From assembly GCA_030264375.1 (NCBI GenBank), contig JASCQW010000162.1, forward strand, positions 115,196,357-115,260,356: DNA of 64,000 bases. Direction: 5' to 3'. The notes under the pieces are model-generated. The model saw only the letters and a list, made by a program, of their open reading frames with translations, was not told the origin of the DNA and did not search any database. Source of the stretch: Carcharhinus longimanus. Lineage: Eukaryota. Shown here one piece after another: positions 62,947-64,000 of the stretch (its first letter is position 1; every line of letters begins with the position of its first letter). The position numbers were made by a program, and so were the translations under genes.

Positions 62947-64000
62947 NNNNNNNNNNNNNNNNNNNNNNNNNNNNNNNNNNNNNNNNNNNNNNNNNNNNNN
63001 NNNNNNNNNNNNNNNNNNNNNNNNNNNNNNNNNNNNNNNNNNNNNNTATCGTTCACTCACGCACACACACACCCACCACCACGCGCACCCCCCCCCCACC
63101 CAAAACACAACCGCATGGGGCTCCTTGGAGGACCTGCCTATTGGCAAGAGGTCAATCTAATATGACTTTAGATTTTACCAGTGATGATGACATCATTACT
63201 CATGAGTGAGCAAAGAACTGTTCTTCTAAGGCAATTTTTCAGGTTCGAGGATAATTTACTTCCACTCCAGTTCCATATGCTCTGAGATGACTTAAAAGCC
63301 CCACTCAAATTGGGTAGATGTGATAGCAAGTTAAATTGTGAAATGCACTTTGTCCAATCCCAAAGAATTCAGGTACTAATCACTAATTTCAGGGGCCCAA
63401 TGGTGAGAGTGACTTGCCTCTTACATTTCCTTCCTTGGTCCTTTTCTGTACTACAACTGAACTACTGTTGTTGGCCAGTGCATTGTACCACCTGAATAGG
63501 AATTCCAAGGAAGCAACACAATATCCTAAACAAAGCAGTCACTAGGATATAGAAGGGAAGTTGCTATGATCTGGGCTAAAATCTATAATTCCATGTTTAA
63601 ATTGGAACAACCATTTTCAAACTGGTTACCAACTAGTAGCAGAGGGCAAAGCATCAGATTCTGGTTCTGCAATATTTTTTAAAAATCAGAGCTTCAGCTG
63701 TGGAATTTGGTTGTCTAGTGCCCATATTTTCAGTGCTATTTTGGGCGTGTGCATGCACAAACGTTTTGTTGGTTACAGCAATGCCACTTTGGTAAGAGCA
63801 TAAGCACGAACACCAGGGATAATGCATTAGTCCTATGTAAAGGGATCAACAACTACTTTCAGGTCAGTTGACTGGTTAGTAGAAGTGTCTAGTGGTGTGT
63901 GTTGCTATATACAGCTGCTGAAGACTACAGTGAACAGTGTGGCATTTGCTGATGGTCTAGATCATGATTTCAAGGGTTCTGCTCAGACCACTTGTTCGCA

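Noticed and set aside
59800-64000. Expected ATG7 terminal exon downstream, and METPLDV-type VGLL4 first exon upstream
   Set aside because: Searched by eye and not found; cannot be supported from this window

Overview
Eukaryotic, repeat-rich draft-assembly sequence with 7 N-gaps. The SINE, CR1 and Penelope repeat content points to a cartilaginous fish (shark); that assignment is inference. The main gene is VGLL4 (Hippo/TEAD corepressor) on the + strand: five coding exons (12296-12377, 26634-26820, 46967-47183, 50674-50797, 57261-57541) splice with GT-AG sites and compatible phases into a 296-aa protein with two TDU motifs. It also has a GC-rich promoter, an internal alternative first exon (MIKVR, 41111-41124) and a ~2.2 kb 3'UTR. 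Two isolated, intact exons of unrelated genes are present: an inversin (INVS) ankyrin exon on the - strand at 1230-1403, and a MAP4-like exon at 20098-20304 inside VGLL4 intron 1. These are either misassembly or real exon relocation. The most notable non-coding observations are: Penelope-like element ends carrying minimal hammerhead ribozyme motifs, including tiny hairpin-shaped insertions with target-site duplications; a mixed-orientation ~150-bp repeat array abutting the VGLL4 promoter; a minisatellite that duplicates the exon-1 splice donor; a tandem TEAD-site cluster in intron 2; and miR-130 and miR-221/222 seed sites in the 3'UTR. Homology calls come from recalled protein and repeat sequences, not from database searches. 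Repeat boundaries are approximate.
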